A stretch of 64,000 bases of DNA from Tubulanus polymorphus (Eukaryota > Animalia > Nemertea). Location of the stretch: contig NC_134026.1 of the NCBI RefSeq assembly GCF_964204645.1, positions 8,145,950 to 8,209,949 on the forward strand, written 5' to 3'. How positions within the stretch are numbered: the first letter of the stretch is position 1; every line of letters starts with the position of its first letter. The translations under genes were made by a program, and so were the position numbers. This document shows positions 13,537 through 24,552 of the stretch, piece by piece. The notes beneath the pieces were generated by a model, which was not told the origin of the DNA, did no database searches, and was given only the letters and a program-made list of their open reading frames with translations.

Positions 13537-16500
13537 TTATATAGAATACACCTGAATCTTATTATGTGGTCGTTGAATCGCTGCGTCCCACCAACCCTTA
13601 GCTCCACTAGGAATATGATGCCGGTTCAATCTGCCATCCATGTGATTTTCCTGATGTGACGGAGGTGTTTTCAGTTCTAACGTATAAATTTCGTCGTCAT
13701 CCGTATAAATGACGCAATGAAGGACTTTGGCGACGTCATCGGCGTTCTTCTGTATGGTCACGTCTCCGTAGTAACAATTGTTACGGCCGATCAATCCGTC
13801 TTGATAACGGAATTTCACGAATAATCCGTTACCATCGCTGCGGCGTTTAATTTTAATGGCGGCTCCGTAGATACGACGTTTTTGTTGATCCATCCATTTA
13901 CGTAGGCCCTTCTCTTCACTCAGCCAGCGTGATTCTTCATACTGCGGATTAGTGAGATATATGTGTGAGTATTGATTGAATAGAACTGGTAATATAAACG
14001 CGTCAGGTGCCCGTTTATCCTCATCACGTATTGGCTGATTGGCGAAATAAAGTCGAATTGTTCCCGTTTTATTAGAATTCTCATCATGTTTCGGAACCGC
14101 TAACGAGTGGTGTTTCGGAGCAACTTCCGCTGTTTCCGGTTTAGGCGTGGGTAGTGAGTCGGATTTTGTAGGTGGAGCCACTGGTTCGATGACTTCTATT
14201 TCTGGAGATCTGACGGCTGGTTTGACAGGTGCAGCTGTTTTGACAGGTGTGGCTGCAGCTGATGGCGGCTCAGACCCGGCAACTATTAGTGGAGTTATAT
14301 AAGGTAACTCCTGTTCGACCTCTTGCTCAGATTTAGGAGGTTTAATGGTGACGACTGGTGTAAGTGGAGGAGGTTCAGAGGTCGGTACTGGAGGAGGTAT
14401 GTTATTATCATCGCTCTGTGATTTTGGAGTAGAGGTATCGACCGGTCCCGTCTCTCCGCTCGGGTAAGAATAATCAGAATTTGGAGTCTGAGAAATAACG
14501 GGTTCGGTTTGAGGCTTTACTACTTCTTCTGCCTCGATTTCTTTCTCTTTCTTTTTGCCGTCTTTCTTATCTTTTTGTTTCTTTTCTTTTTCGAGTCTCT
14601 TCTTTTCGAGTCGCTCTTTCTTTTCCTTTTCTTTTCTTTCTTTTTCTTCCTTTTTGGCAAGAGCTTTTGCTTCTTTTTCTTTTTTCTGTTTCTCTTTTTT
14701 CTCTGCCTTTTCGCGGTCTCTATTTTTCTTCTTATCTTTCTTGTCTTTATCTGCTGCTTCTTTCTCCTTCTTCAATTTATCTTCCTCAGTTTCTTTAACG
14801 GGAGCAGTTTCTACCTTCAATTCTACAACAGGAGCAACAATTTCAATCTCTTCATTTCTATCAGTTTCTCCTGTCTCTTCTGGCGCTGGCGTCTCGTCAG
14901 GTCCGGTCTCATCCGGCGCTGGTGTCTCATCTGGCACTGGTGTCTCGTCAGGTCCGGTCTCGTCTGGCACATGTGTCTCGTCCCGCGCTGGTGTCTCTTC
15001 TGGCGCCTGTTTCTCGTCAGGTTCTGTCTCGTCTGGTCCTGGAGTCTCTTCCGGCGCTATCGTCTCATCCGGTGCTATTGTCTCGTTAGGTATGGTCTCC
15101 TCAATTCTAATTTCTGGCGAATCGTCATCCTTCAGTTCTACGATAAGAATTGGTTCGGGATGATGTTGAATTTCTTCTGTTTCAGGTTCATCCAACTCTT
15201 CAGGCAAATCCTCAACTTCATCAACTTTAATCTCAGGTGTTGTAAGTGTGGCCAATTCAGCAGCGGTGTCAGGTTCATCCTCCTGTAACTGATCAGTTAT
15301 ATCCTCCTCTGTGACCGGTTTCGATGAAAGTTGTTCTTTCACTTCTTCTAAAACTTCATCGACGATTTCATTAGCGATTCTTTCAGCGAATTGAACATCA
15401 GTTTCATTGACATTAGGAACAACCTGTTCATCGTCAACATTTCGCTGTTCAGGTGTTGTCGATGTAGACGGTTTCGGTTCCTCTAACTTCTTCTCCTCTT
15501 CTTCCTCCGGTTTCGGATCTTCTTTAGTTTTCGGATTTTTCTTGAAGAAATTAAAACTGAAAAATCTCTTCTTTTTCTTTTTATCATCTTTATCGTGTTT
15601 CTCATCAGTGTCATCTTCATTTCTATCCTTCGTTCCGTCTGGCTTTTTCTTATTTTTCTTTCCTAAACCAAAAGACGCTCGAATTCCTGATTTCTTAGGC
15701 TTCGACTCTTCTTTTTCAGTTTCATCCTCTTTAGATACAGGAACAACTTGATCTTCATCCTTCTTCTGTTTCTTTTTATTTCCCCAACCAAACGATGCAA
15801 ACAGCTTACGTTTAGGAGCTCTTTCATTTTCAGTTTCGGGTTCCTTTTCGTCCTCTTTTTCTTCATTCTTATCTTCATCTTCTTTAGGTTCATCATTAGG
15901 TTCATCTTCTTTAGATTCTGGAAAAGCTTCGACGATGGAGTTATCTATTTGAACAATTGGTTGTTCCTCCTCGATATTCAGCTCTGATTCATCAATAGCC
16001 ACAGCTCCTTCCAATATAATTTCTGTATCAAACCCATCGTCAAGATCAACAGTTTTGACAACATCAGCAGAACCACTGATTGGTTCAGCATTGATTGGTT
16101 CCGCAGATTCAGTAACTGATTCAGCTGATTCAGTGATTGGTTCATCATCTTCTACTTTTTCAATAATGAGAACCGGAATGGTTGGTTCGATTAAAATCTC
16201 TTCACCTTTATTTGACAAATTTTCATCGTCAGGATCAATGAATTTTGAGGAGAATTCCTCTTTCACAGTTTCCACAGTTTCTTCCTCCAGTGGTAATTCT
16301 GTATCTATTACTGGCTCAACTGAATCTAGTTCATCGTGAACCTCTGGTTCAGGTATATCAGGTTCAGGTACCTCAATTTTCACAGGTATCTCGGGTTCAG
16401 GAGGTTTTACTTCAACTTCTTCATTGATATCGACCACTATTGCTGCTGGTTCTGGCACGGCTGATGCTGCCTCTGCTTGTTCAGTCTCTTTCTCAATGTC

Positions 16501-19500
16501 AACTGTTTTATTTTGATCAGTTACAACTATTTCAGGCTGCACTTTATCTTTCTTTCCAAAAGACAGCTTCTTCTTCTTCTTCTTTTTCTTCTTCTTTTCT
16601 GCTTCTTTATGGTCTTTTTCTTCCGGTTTGTCATATTGCTTTTTATCTTTATGCCTTCTACCGAAATGAGGTAAATGAAAATGAAACCTGAACGGACTTT
16701 TCGAGCGATCTTTAGATTTTTCAGGTTTTTGTGTATCTTCGTCTTCATCAACAGCATCATCTGCAGCATTTTCATCTTTTTCATCCTCGACTGATGCTTC
16801 ATTCGTTACCGGTTTCACGACTTCCGTTTCGTCATTTTCTTTAAGTAATCCATCGTTTGTTTTAATTTCATCTTCATCTACAGCTACAGCACCTTCCATT
16901 ACAATAACTATATCATCCACATCCACATCCGCATTCTCATCCTCATTTGCTGCTTCAGCTGCTGTAGCTTCTGGTAGTGGCTTTTCTAACTCATCGGTAA
17001 TTATTGGTTCTGGTTCTTCTATCGCTATCGCACCTTCTGTCACAATTGTGATGTCATCTTCGTGTTTACTGGTGTCATCTATGATCGGTTGTGATACTTC
17101 TGTATTCTGTTCTGGCTCTGGTAATATATTATCTATACAGATACTCATATCACCGACAGGTAACATATCGCTTTCATCCAGATTCAACGGTTCATCTTTC
17201 GGTTGAAGTTCTGTTTTTGCTAATTCAGAATCGACTTCTTTAAGAAGTGAAGTTTCTTCCTCAGTCGGAGTCGATTCTTGTAAAGGAATTGGAACCTCTG
17301 CTGTTATTGTTTCATTATCTTCAGCTTGGAATCTATTCACGTCTGCTTCATCTGGTTCAATCTCTTTTCTATCTTCCACTTTCTCTTCGTCTTTCGGATC
17401 TGTTGTTTTCGGTTTGTGTCCGAGACCCAAATGTAAATGGAATTTTTTCTTTTTGTGTTGTGAATCTTCTTCTTTCTTCTCAGTTTCTTCATCTTTTGGC
17501 TTCTTTTTCTTTTTCCTGTTTTTCTTTTTCTTGCCTTTTCCAAAACTTAAATGGATTCCAAACTTATGTTTGTCGGAATCAGGTGTTTCTTTTGCGTCTT
17601 TATCGCCATCTTTTTCATCAACAAGTTTTCCTTCTGATGTTTCTGCAACTGGTTTCACCTCTACTGGTATTTCCTCAATAGGTGCAGGTGTCGTTTCCTC
17701 AGCTGGTTCTACTAATTCGGGTGTATGTTCGACAGGTATTTCCTCAACTGGTGCCGGTGCCTCTTCAACAGGTGCCTCAGCGATTGGTGTCACTACTACA
17801 TGTGTATCCTCTGTAGGCTCATCAACACGTGTCTCCTCTATAGGTATCTCTTCTACATGTGTCTCTACAGGTGCCTCTTCTGCAGGTATCTCCTTTACAG
17901 GTACCTCTTCTGTAGGTGTCTCATCGACAGGCGTCTCTTCAACAGGTGTCTCTTCTACAGGTCTCTCTTCAGCAGTTGTCGCCTCGGTAGGGGTCTCTTC
18001 TATTGGGGTCTCGTCGACTAGAACCTCTTCTTCAGGTGTCTCGTTTATGGGTGTCCCGTCTACAAATGTCTTTTCTGCAGGCGTCTCTTCTGTAGTTGTT
18101 TGCTCCGGTATTTCTACTAATTGTGGTGGAGTATATTGTATCGGTGCTGGTGGTTCTAGCGAAACAGATCGCTCTGTTCTCTCCGTTACGGGATTCTCCT
18201 GGCTTTCATCAATTACTTTCACTTTCTTCTTTCCTCTTTTACCAAAACCGAACGAAGCTCGGAACCCGACTGCTTTTTCTTTATCTTCAGTTTTTTCCTT
18301 CTTCTTTTTGTCTTTCTTCTTTTTCTTTCCAAAATGAAAGAATGGTATTTTTATTTTATGTCCAGTTTTCTTTTCTTTATTTTCTCCTTCAGCGACAGAT
18401 TTATCAGGTTTATCTTCATCTTGCTGTGTCATATCTGAATTGATGACTATTACCGGACTGACCTCAGCTACCGGACTGACCTCAGCTACTGGACTGACCT
18501 CAACTTCTGGACTGACTTCAACATCTGGACTGACCTCAACTTCAGAAATGACCTCAGTGACCGGTTCCTCCGGTTTATCTACTATTTGTTGATCTTCATG
18601 AATCGCATCAGACTCCAACAATTCATCTTCAGTTGGTTTTTCGGAATTCTCGTCCATTTCAATCTTGTCTTTTGAGTCATCTTTTTCATCTTTAGAGTCA
18701 TTTATCTCATCTTTAGAGGCATCTATGCCATCTTTAGAGTCATCTATGTCATCTTTAGAGTCATCGACGTCATCTTTAGAGTCATCGACGTCATCTTTAG
18801 AGTCGGATCTCTCTTCAATCATATCATCTTTATCTTCGGGTTCATATTCTATGTGATCTGTATAAACTGCTATCGGTTGGGATTGGACACTGATTTCAGG
18901 TTTCTCAGTGAACTGTAGTGTTAACTCCTTCTCTGTCTCATCATCTGCTACTGCTGCTGCTGTTATTGTCGGTTTAGTATCTGGCTCGTATTCACTTATC
19001 TCACTCGTTTCTACACCCGGTTTTGTATCCGGTTCATACTCCTCTAATTTCACCTCATTTTCATCATTCATCTCAATATCATCTTCTTTTTTATCTGTCT
19101 CTTCATTCTCTTTATTGTCCTCTACAGTTTTATCGTTCAAATCCTCCTCATCTTTCTTCGTTTTTCCGACTCCGAATGAAAGATGAACTTTACCTTTCTT
19201 ATCAATCTTTTTATCTTCATTCTTGGTCTCATCGTCATCTTTCTTTTTCTTCTTAGACTTTTTCCCGATTCCGAATGAAGCTCGTAGCTTCCTCTTATCT
19301 TTTTGTTTATTATTCTCCTCAGTGGGGGGCGTGTCGACCTTTTCATCTTTGACTTCTTTTTGTTTTTTCTTGTTGCCTTTTTTTCCTAATCCGAATGAAG
19401 CTCGTATTTTAGCCCCAAGACTCAACTGCTCGTCTCCTGTTTGTTTGTCTCCTATTGCTCCTCGTGTTTCATCACTTCCATTCACCGCTAAATCATCACT

Positions 19501-19821
19501 TTCTTTCTTCTCTTCGACAGCAGCAACAATTTTATCTTTCTCAGGCTCCGTATCCTGATATTCTTTATTTGCATCCGTATCATTTTTATCAGCAGCTTGT
19601 TCAATGTGACCTCCGTTAATACCCTGAGTTTCATCATTCTCCATAACCTCCTTTACCTCCTCCTCATCAACCTCCTCATCGCCATGATGATCTCCATTCT
19701 CTCCGTTTTTACTCACTACCCCCGAATCATCGCTATGTAACATTTCATCGTGTTCACTGTTATCGATTTTGACGTCGTCAGATGGCGCTGCTGTTGTTCT
19801 CTTCACGTCGCATTCTTCCAT
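13537..19821 (-). CDS. 2094-aa acidic/Lys-rich disordered protein with 12 polybasic-aromatic (MARCKS/gravin-like) motifs and a ~170-aa globular C-terminal domain of unknown family
   Basis: 6.3-kb uninterrupted ORF with E/D/K/P-rich composition and internal tandem peptide repeats. Candidate splice acceptors near 19831 and 19942 suggest upstream 5' exon(s). Confidence 0.85.
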   Translation of the reverse strand: MEECDVKRTTAAPSDDVKIDNSEHDEMLHSDDSGVVSKNGENGDHHGDEEVDEEEVKEVMENDETQGINGGHIEQAADKNDTDANKEYQDTEPEKDKIVAAVEEKKESDDLAVNGSDETRGAIGDKQTGDEQLSLGAKIRASFGLGKKGNKKKQKEVKDEKVDTPPTEENNKQKDKRKLRASFGIGKKSKKKKKDDDETKNEDKKIDKKGKVHLSFGVGKTKKDEEDLNDKTVEDNKENEETDKKEDDIEMNDENEVKLEEYEPDTKPGVETSEISEYEPDTKPTITAAAVADDETEKELTLQFTEKPEISVQSQPIAVYTDHIEYEPEDKDDMIEERSDSKDDVDDSKDDVDDSKDDIDDSKDGIDASKDEINDSKDEKDDSKDKIEMDENSEKPTEDELLESDAIHEDQQIVDKPEEPVTEVISEVEVSPDVEVSPEVEVSPVAEVSPVAEVSPVIVINSDMTQQDEDKPDKSVAEGENKEKKTGHKIKIPFFHFGKKKKKDKKKKEKTEDKEKAVGFRASFGFGKRGKKKVKVIDESQENPVTERTERSVSLEPPAPIQYTPPQLVEIPEQTTTEETPAEKTFVDGTPINETPEEEVLVDETPIEETPTEATTAEERPVEETPVEETPVDETPTEEVPVKEIPAEEAPVETHVEEIPIEETRVDEPTEDTHVVVTPIAEAPVEEAPAPVEEIPVEHTPELVEPAEETTPAPIEEIPVEVKPVAETSEGKLVDEKDGDKDAKETPDSDKHKFGIHLSFGKGKKKKNRKKKKKPKDEETEKKEEDSQHKKKKFHLHLGLGHKPKTTDPKDEEKVEDRKEIEPDEADVNRFQAEDNETITAEVPIPLQESTPTEEETSLLKEVDSELAKTELQPKDEPLNLDESDMLPVGDMSICIDNILPEPEQNTEVSQPIIDDTSKHEDDITIVTEGAIAIEEPEPIITDELEKPLPEATAAEAANEDENADVDVDDIVIVMEGAVAVDEDEIKTNDGLLKENDETEVVKPVTNEASVEDEKDENAADDAVDEDEDTQKPEKSKDRSKSPFRFHFHLPHFGRRHKDKKQYDKPEEKDHKEAEKKKKKKKKKKLSFGKKDKVQPEIVVTDQNKTVDIEKETEQAEAASAVPEPAAIVVDINEEVEVKPPEPEIPVKIEVPEPDIPEPEVHDELDSVEPVIDTELPLEEETVETVKEEFSSKFIDPDDENLSNKGEEILIEPTIPVLIIEKVEDDEPITESAESVTESAEPINAEPISGSADVVKTVDLDDGFDTEIILEGAVAIDESELNIEEEQPIVQIDNSIVEAFPESKEDEPNDEPKEDEDKNEEKEDEKEPETENERAPKRKLFASFGWGNKKKQKKDEDQVVPVSKEDETEKEESKPKKSGIRASFGLGKKNKKKPDGTKDRNEDDTDEKHDKDDKKKKKRFFSFNFFKKNPKTKEDPKPEEEEEKKLEEPKPSTSTTPEQRNVDDEQVVPNVNETDVQFAERIANEIVDEVLEEVKEQLSSKPVTEEDITDQLQEDEPDTAAELATLTTPEIKVDEVEDLPEELDEPETEEIQHHPEPILIVELKDDDSPEIRIEETIPNETIAPDETIAPEETPGPDETEPDEKQAPEETPARDETHVPDETGPDETPVPDETPAPDETGPDETPAPEETGETDRNEEIEIVAPVVELKVETAPVKETEEDKLKKEKEAADKDKKDKKKNRDREKAEKKEKQKKEKEAKALAKKEEKERKEKEKKERLEKKRLEKEKKQKDKKDGKKKEKEIEAEEVVKPQTEPVISQTPNSDYSYPSGETGPVDTSTPKSQSDDNNIPPPVPTSEPPPLTPVVTIKPPKSEQEVEQELPYITPLIVAGSEPPSAAATPVKTAAPVKPAVRSPEIEVIEPVAPPTKSDSLPTPKPETAEVAPKHHSLAVPKHDENSNKTGTIRLYFANQPIRDEDKRAPDAFILPVLFNQYSHIYLTNPQYEESRWLSEEKGLRKWMDQQKRRIYGAAIKIKRRSDGNGLFVKFRYQDGLIGRNNCYYGDVTIQKNADDVAKVLHCVIYTDDDEIYTLELKTPPSHQENHMDGRLNRHHIPSGAKGWWDAAIQRPHNKIQVYSI

Positions 19822-20094
19822 AATGTCCGTCTGCGAATAATGGGTAAAATATCCAACGAAATAAAAGCAGCTTCAAAGTGAAAAGCAAGCTGAGCGAGTT
19901 GTGTATTCGAATATATCTCTACTCTCCTTGGTATAAACACCCTGCAATGAGATAAAGAGATAGAGAACTAGAGGGATTAAACAGTCTAACTGTATTCAAC
20001 ATGTGCGGCACAGCACTAGACTAACTCATATAATAAAAACTATTTTATTAATTTGCGCAGTATTAAATAACCACGAGTACACCTGATTTCTTAG

Positions 20095-20470
20095 TCTATA
20101 CCACCATCCCCATACCACCTCATTTTACCATGCTAATACCACCATATACTTCCTAACCCTACCAATATACCACCCCTATACCACTCGCCCTACCATACAT
20201 ACCATCCCTATACTATCTAACTCTACCACATTACACCCCTATACCACCTTACCCTACCATACGCCTAATACTACCTAACCCTACCATAAATACCACCTAC
20301 CATCTCATTCTCCCGATCCTTATACCACAATCCCTATACTACATCATCCTACCATACGTATACCCTGTCATACATCACATACCTACACCACAATCTCTAT
20401 AACACCTTATTCTATCTTACCACCCCTATATACTACCTAGTAATCCTAACAGGCCTACACACCATCCTTA
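20095..20470. repeat. C/A-rich low-complexity tract (TACCACCCCTATACC-like)
   Basis: Repeated TACCA/CCCTATAC units; roughly the complement of the 11180-11465 tract. Confidence 0.65.
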
Positions 20471-20973
20471 AACCCCCGTTGACACAACAAACAGCTGAAC
20501 ACCCAACTCTTGATACCCTTGATACCCTAACTAATGTATACTAGTATGAAATTTAGAAGAGGAAAATGAAAAATATTTTATTGAGCGCATTTGATGACAA
20601 TACTGAGGTAGAACATATGTTACCTCACTTGCCAGTGTCAGTATTCTACCGTTGTCTATTTTATCTGTTTTCCGTTATTTATGTGGAATTTTAAACCATT
20701 CAAGCGATTTCTAGTTATTTTTACTTTTATTTATCGTCATAAAAACCGCAGGTTTTCAAATCAATTCAACGCGAAGCAAAATGCACAAAATCGACCGTAA
20801 AATTCTCTCAAATTTTTAAATCTAGGATAAGATAAAGAGTCGGGGACCCTGGAAATATTCAATCTTAAACAGCACATGTTCTACAGGAGCCAACAGACAT
20901 AGAAAGCGAACAAACAACGCACTGACAGACTGTTGTGCACTGCAATATAATCAGCGCTGCGCAATTCCCTTTT

Positions 20974-21106
20974 CGGTAACCCTCAAATACCCGGTAACCC
21001 GTCAAATACGTGGTAACCCGTAAAATACTAGGTAACCCCTTAAATACCCGGTCATCAGTCATATACCTGGTCACCAGACATACCTGGCCATCAGTCAAAT
21101 ACCCGG
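20974..21106. repeat. Minisatellite, ~19-bp unit (AAATACCCGGTAACCCGTC)
   Basis: About 7 degenerate tandem copies. Confidence 0.85.
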
Positions 21107-21114
21107 CGCATAAA

Positions 21115-21580
21115 CATCCTTCCCATCGAACCTGATGGCAACGCTAGCCACAGCACGAAGCCCTTGTGTCACAACACACTCGACCAGGTGCGCAGCTACA
21201 AGCTCAGCTTAAATGATGTCATTATTAGCCAATCCAGAAATATCGTATAATTTTTGCCGGGGTTTTTCTATGAAATGTGCCTCAGCGATTATGTCGCAAC
21301 GAGCAATCTGCGCATGTATCCCTCCCTCGGCAGGGATTCGAACATGATGGCATCGAAACTCGCCCGCATGATACGAAGCGCAGTTTTTTCCCATTTTATT
21401 TTAGCCCGGGTTTTACCGTTTATAGTTCATCCGATTATACAACAAGGAATCTTATTGCTGCCGCTACCTGCGGCAAACCTCCGCGTGTACCTGCGCACCC
21501 GGACTAGTGTGGCTGGCACGGCTTGTTCCGTGGCTGAGTGTACCGCTGCCTTCAAGTTCGAATCCTTACCGGGTAAGGAT
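21115..21580. repeat. Inverted pair of B-box-containing (SINE-like) segments
   Basis: 21115-21194 is an imperfect reverse complement of 21491-21580 (CTGCGCACC...GTTCGA...AAGGATG); resembles the 7311/7889 repeat. Confidence 0.4.
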
Positions 21581-21814
21581 GCCCGTGTAGAGACGGATAA
21601 TACGATAACCAGCATCTCCCGATGCTATGTAGATATATATTTAACCCTTTGTTCGCTAAAGCCGACTGCCTACGGCTGGGAGAGGGTGACTCATCAATAT
21701 TTAATGATTCTCACTATCACTAATTGGTAGTAGAGATCTATCAGGATTATCGATTAATTCAGTCTCACAGTTTTGTGTTTAGTACTCTCACACTCAAACC
21801 ACGTGCTACGTTAG

Positions 21815-21867
<53 letters not shown>

Positions 21868-22183
21868 AATGCTGCTGCTGGAGAGTGTAGGATTTGTGTG
21901 TGACTCACAATCAATAACATAACTCTCACCTTACACCAGCACCAGCCCATATGCCTCCTCACAGTCTGGGTCCTCCCACGGCTCCGTACATGCCCTCACG
22001 GCTCATAACGGCCCCCGATTACAAAGTCACCTCCTCAGAGGTTCAGTATCAGTGTTTATATCAAAACTATTACAAGTGTTAATAATTCAGAGCCATGAAA
22101 TTAACACTTCGACAGGAATCGGGATAGGAGCAGGAGTAGCAGCAGCGGCAGCAGCGGCAGCAGCAGCAGAAGCAGCAGCAGCA
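21815..22183. repeat. (CTG)n at 21815-21880 and (CAG)n at ~22137-22183 microsatellites
   Basis: Directly visible; further CTG/CAG tracts near 10979, 26190 and 26441. Confidence 0.9.
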
Positions 22184-23351
22184 GTGGCACAGGGGCAGCA
22201 GGAAGGTGGAAAGCTAATCGATTTTATGAATAAATCATTACTAAAACAATATTGACATTTTACATTTTGTTAATTGTAGCAACGTCGTCGCCCTTTACGC
22301 CCCCTCAACCTCATCGCACTGCTCCTCACCACCCCTCACCCTTATCTCACTGCTCTATCCTCACTGCCCCTCGCCACCCATAACCTCACCCCTCACATCT
22401 CCCCTCCCACTACACATTATTCTCAATAGGTTAAAATAATAACAAAACTTAAACGAGTTAGTAAGAAAGTCATTGAAATTCTCAAAGAAACAAAATGTAA
22501 ATTGTACTTACAAGGTAAAAGTAAGATGATTAAATCTCTACACAACTGGGGCCTACTTTAAAAAAGGAAGAGGATGCTGAAGCGCTAATCACTTCTCCCC
22601 GTATCCCTGCCTTCTTGTATCTATCTAAACATCCAGTCTCTCAGTCTGCTGCAGCAGAGAGAAAGATGGAATACTATAAACATCGTTTGCACCTATCAAA
22701 TTACATCTGTTCAAGACGCTGCCAACTATGTAAGAAACGCGGCTCGAGCGAGAGAATGAGGAGGCAATGGTAAAAACTAGGCCTGGTGATAATTAAACAT
22801 GATGCAGATTCCATTCTACATCACATACAACATTGATAAGCGCAACTTACCCGATAAATGTTTATCATTCTATAATCATCTTACTCAATTACTATAACAA
22901 TCATATTTATTTATCAATTTAATCCTAGAATAGATTGAGTTTTATTCCCGTTGAATATTTCACGTACAAACTCCGTACACATCATCAGTAATATTGATTT
23001 ATCAGTAGCGGCCGCGGCGCAGACGACAGCGGGTCAGTTCATTCTTACTAGAGGGGTGTACACGCGACAGATGTTTAAAAGGTGACAAAAGACGCGCGTG
23101 CATGCGCCTCGTGCACCACCTCGTGTGCCGCCCCGTGCGCCAGCTGGTTCCATACTCTACAAGCCGACTAGTAAACAATCTCAACCCCAAACTGCAATTC
23201 TACGTATAAAAAAGTATCATAAGTAAGAGTTGTTAAGTGTTGTTTTAAGTTGTTTATTTTTGTTCATTGTTGTTTAGAGTTATATCTATATCCGAATAAC
23301 CATAGAAGCGATAACATTAAAAACCTCATTTTCTAATGAGTAAATACAGTT

Positions 23352-23399
23352 TATTAACACGAACGTTTTCGGGATCATATCCCCTCATCAGGTGAAATA
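23352..23399 (-). ncRNA. Minimal type I hammerhead ribozyme in the Penelope pLTR
   Basis: Minus strand reads CAC-CUGAUGA-G-GGGAU-AUG-AUCCC-GAAA-ACGU-UC-GUG: core boxes, stem II GGGAU/AUCCC, palindromic AACGUU stem III and CAC/GUG stem I. Confidence 0.8.
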
Positions 23400-23507
23400 C
23401 AAGTGAATCAAATGATTAAACTACAGGTTTATATACAACATAAGTTACAAAATTACAAGTGCTAAATTCTAAGCTAATTACAAACCAAGTATTTAATTAC
23501 AAACTAA

Positions 23508-24443
23508 TTATTTGAATACATTTAGGATAAAGGATGAGCCGTTTTGAAATAATTGTTGATTTAAAGAGGGTCGTTGCGCTTTAATAAACAGGGCCTCCCT
23601 AATTTTACAGTCGAGATCAGATGAACCTTTGTCTAGAATTTTGAATTTGTTGTTACTGAATTCCTGATCACAAGTGTGACAAATTGCGAGATGTTGTCCA
23701 ATCGCAGAAGTCTTTGATCTGTGTTCCTTAATCCTGATGGCCAAATGTCGTTTAGTTTTCCCAATATAGGAAGTGTTTATATCACATAAACAATTAAATT
23801 TATATATGACTTTAGCCTTCAGCGATTTAGGGGTAGCACATTTCAAAGAGAAAAAATTCTTAATTTTGGTCGTAGTGAATGCACATTTCAAGTTGATTTC
23901 AAAATTCCTTTTAAATAGATATTTTAATTTTCGGGCAAATAGGATTGACGGGTTACCAATATACGGTAATGAAATGAATAGATCAATTCCATCTTCAACA
24001 GGTTTCGGTTGAGGTTCTGAGTTCTGTTTTGATTTCAAAAATCTATTAATACATTGATCGATGACATGAATAGGAAACGCATTAGATTTAAACAGATTTT
24101 TCAAGAAATTGATTTCTTCTGAAAAGATGGTCCAATCACTGCAAATATTGTAGGCACGAAAAAGCATGGTATTGATGAGTCCTATTTTCCATTTATACGG
24201 ACACATGGCGTTGAAGTTCAAAAGTAGGCCTGTGTTGGAAGCTTTCCTGTACACTCGAGATATAAAGTCACTACCGGTTTCTAACGGAATTTGTATTTCG
24301 GTATCGAGAAAAGGTAATAGATTAGGACCTAGTTCAAAAGTGAATTTAAGGTTAGAATGGAGGCGATTCAATTCTTCAAAAAATAGTCTATAACTGGATA
24401 CATTTCGAAATATGCCGAAAATATCGTCCACGTATCTCAGGTA
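23508..24443 (-). CDS. Penelope reverse transcriptase (C-terminal part) + GIY-YIG endonuclease, 5'-truncated
   Basis: YLRYVDDIF catalytic motif, LPFLDTEI, VYRKASNTG, SLPYIG, VIYKFNCLC...YIGKTKRHLAIRIKEH and REALFIK...PSLN. Confidence 0.92.
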   Translation of the reverse strand, partial: YLRYVDDIFGIFRNVSSYRLFFEELNRLHSNLKFTFELGPNLLPFLDTEIQIPLETGSDFISRVYRKASNTGLLLNFNAMCPYKWKIGLINTMLFRAYNICSDWTIFSEEINFLKNLFKSNAFPIHVIDQCINRFLKSKQNSEPQPKPVEDGIDLFISLPYIGNPSILFARKLKYLFKRNFEINLKCAFTTTKIKNFFSLKCATPKSLKAKVIYKFNCLCDINTSYIGKTKRHLAIRIKEHRSKTSAIGQHLAICHTCDQEFSNNKFKILDKGSSDLDCKIREALFIKAQRPSLNQQLFQNGSSFILNVFK

Positions 24444-24504
24444 TAATGTAATTTTGTAACTTATGTTGTATATAAACCTGTAGTTTAATCATTTGATTCA
24501 CTTG

Positions 24505-24552
24505 TATTTCACCTGATGAGGGGATATGATCCCGAAAACGTTCGTGTTAATA
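24505..24552 (+). ncRNA. Minimal type I hammerhead ribozyme in the inverted Penelope pLTR
   Basis: CACCTGATGAGGGGATATGATCCCGAAAACGTTCGTG, identical to the minus-strand copy. Confidence 0.8.

Noticed and set aside
14509-19558. Many plus-strand Phe/Ser-rich ORFs
   Set aside because: These are antisense shadows of the K/E-rich 2094-aa ORF.
21765-22255. Poly-Ala ORFs
   Set aside because: They arise from CTG/CAG microsatellites and lack supporting splice or homology context.
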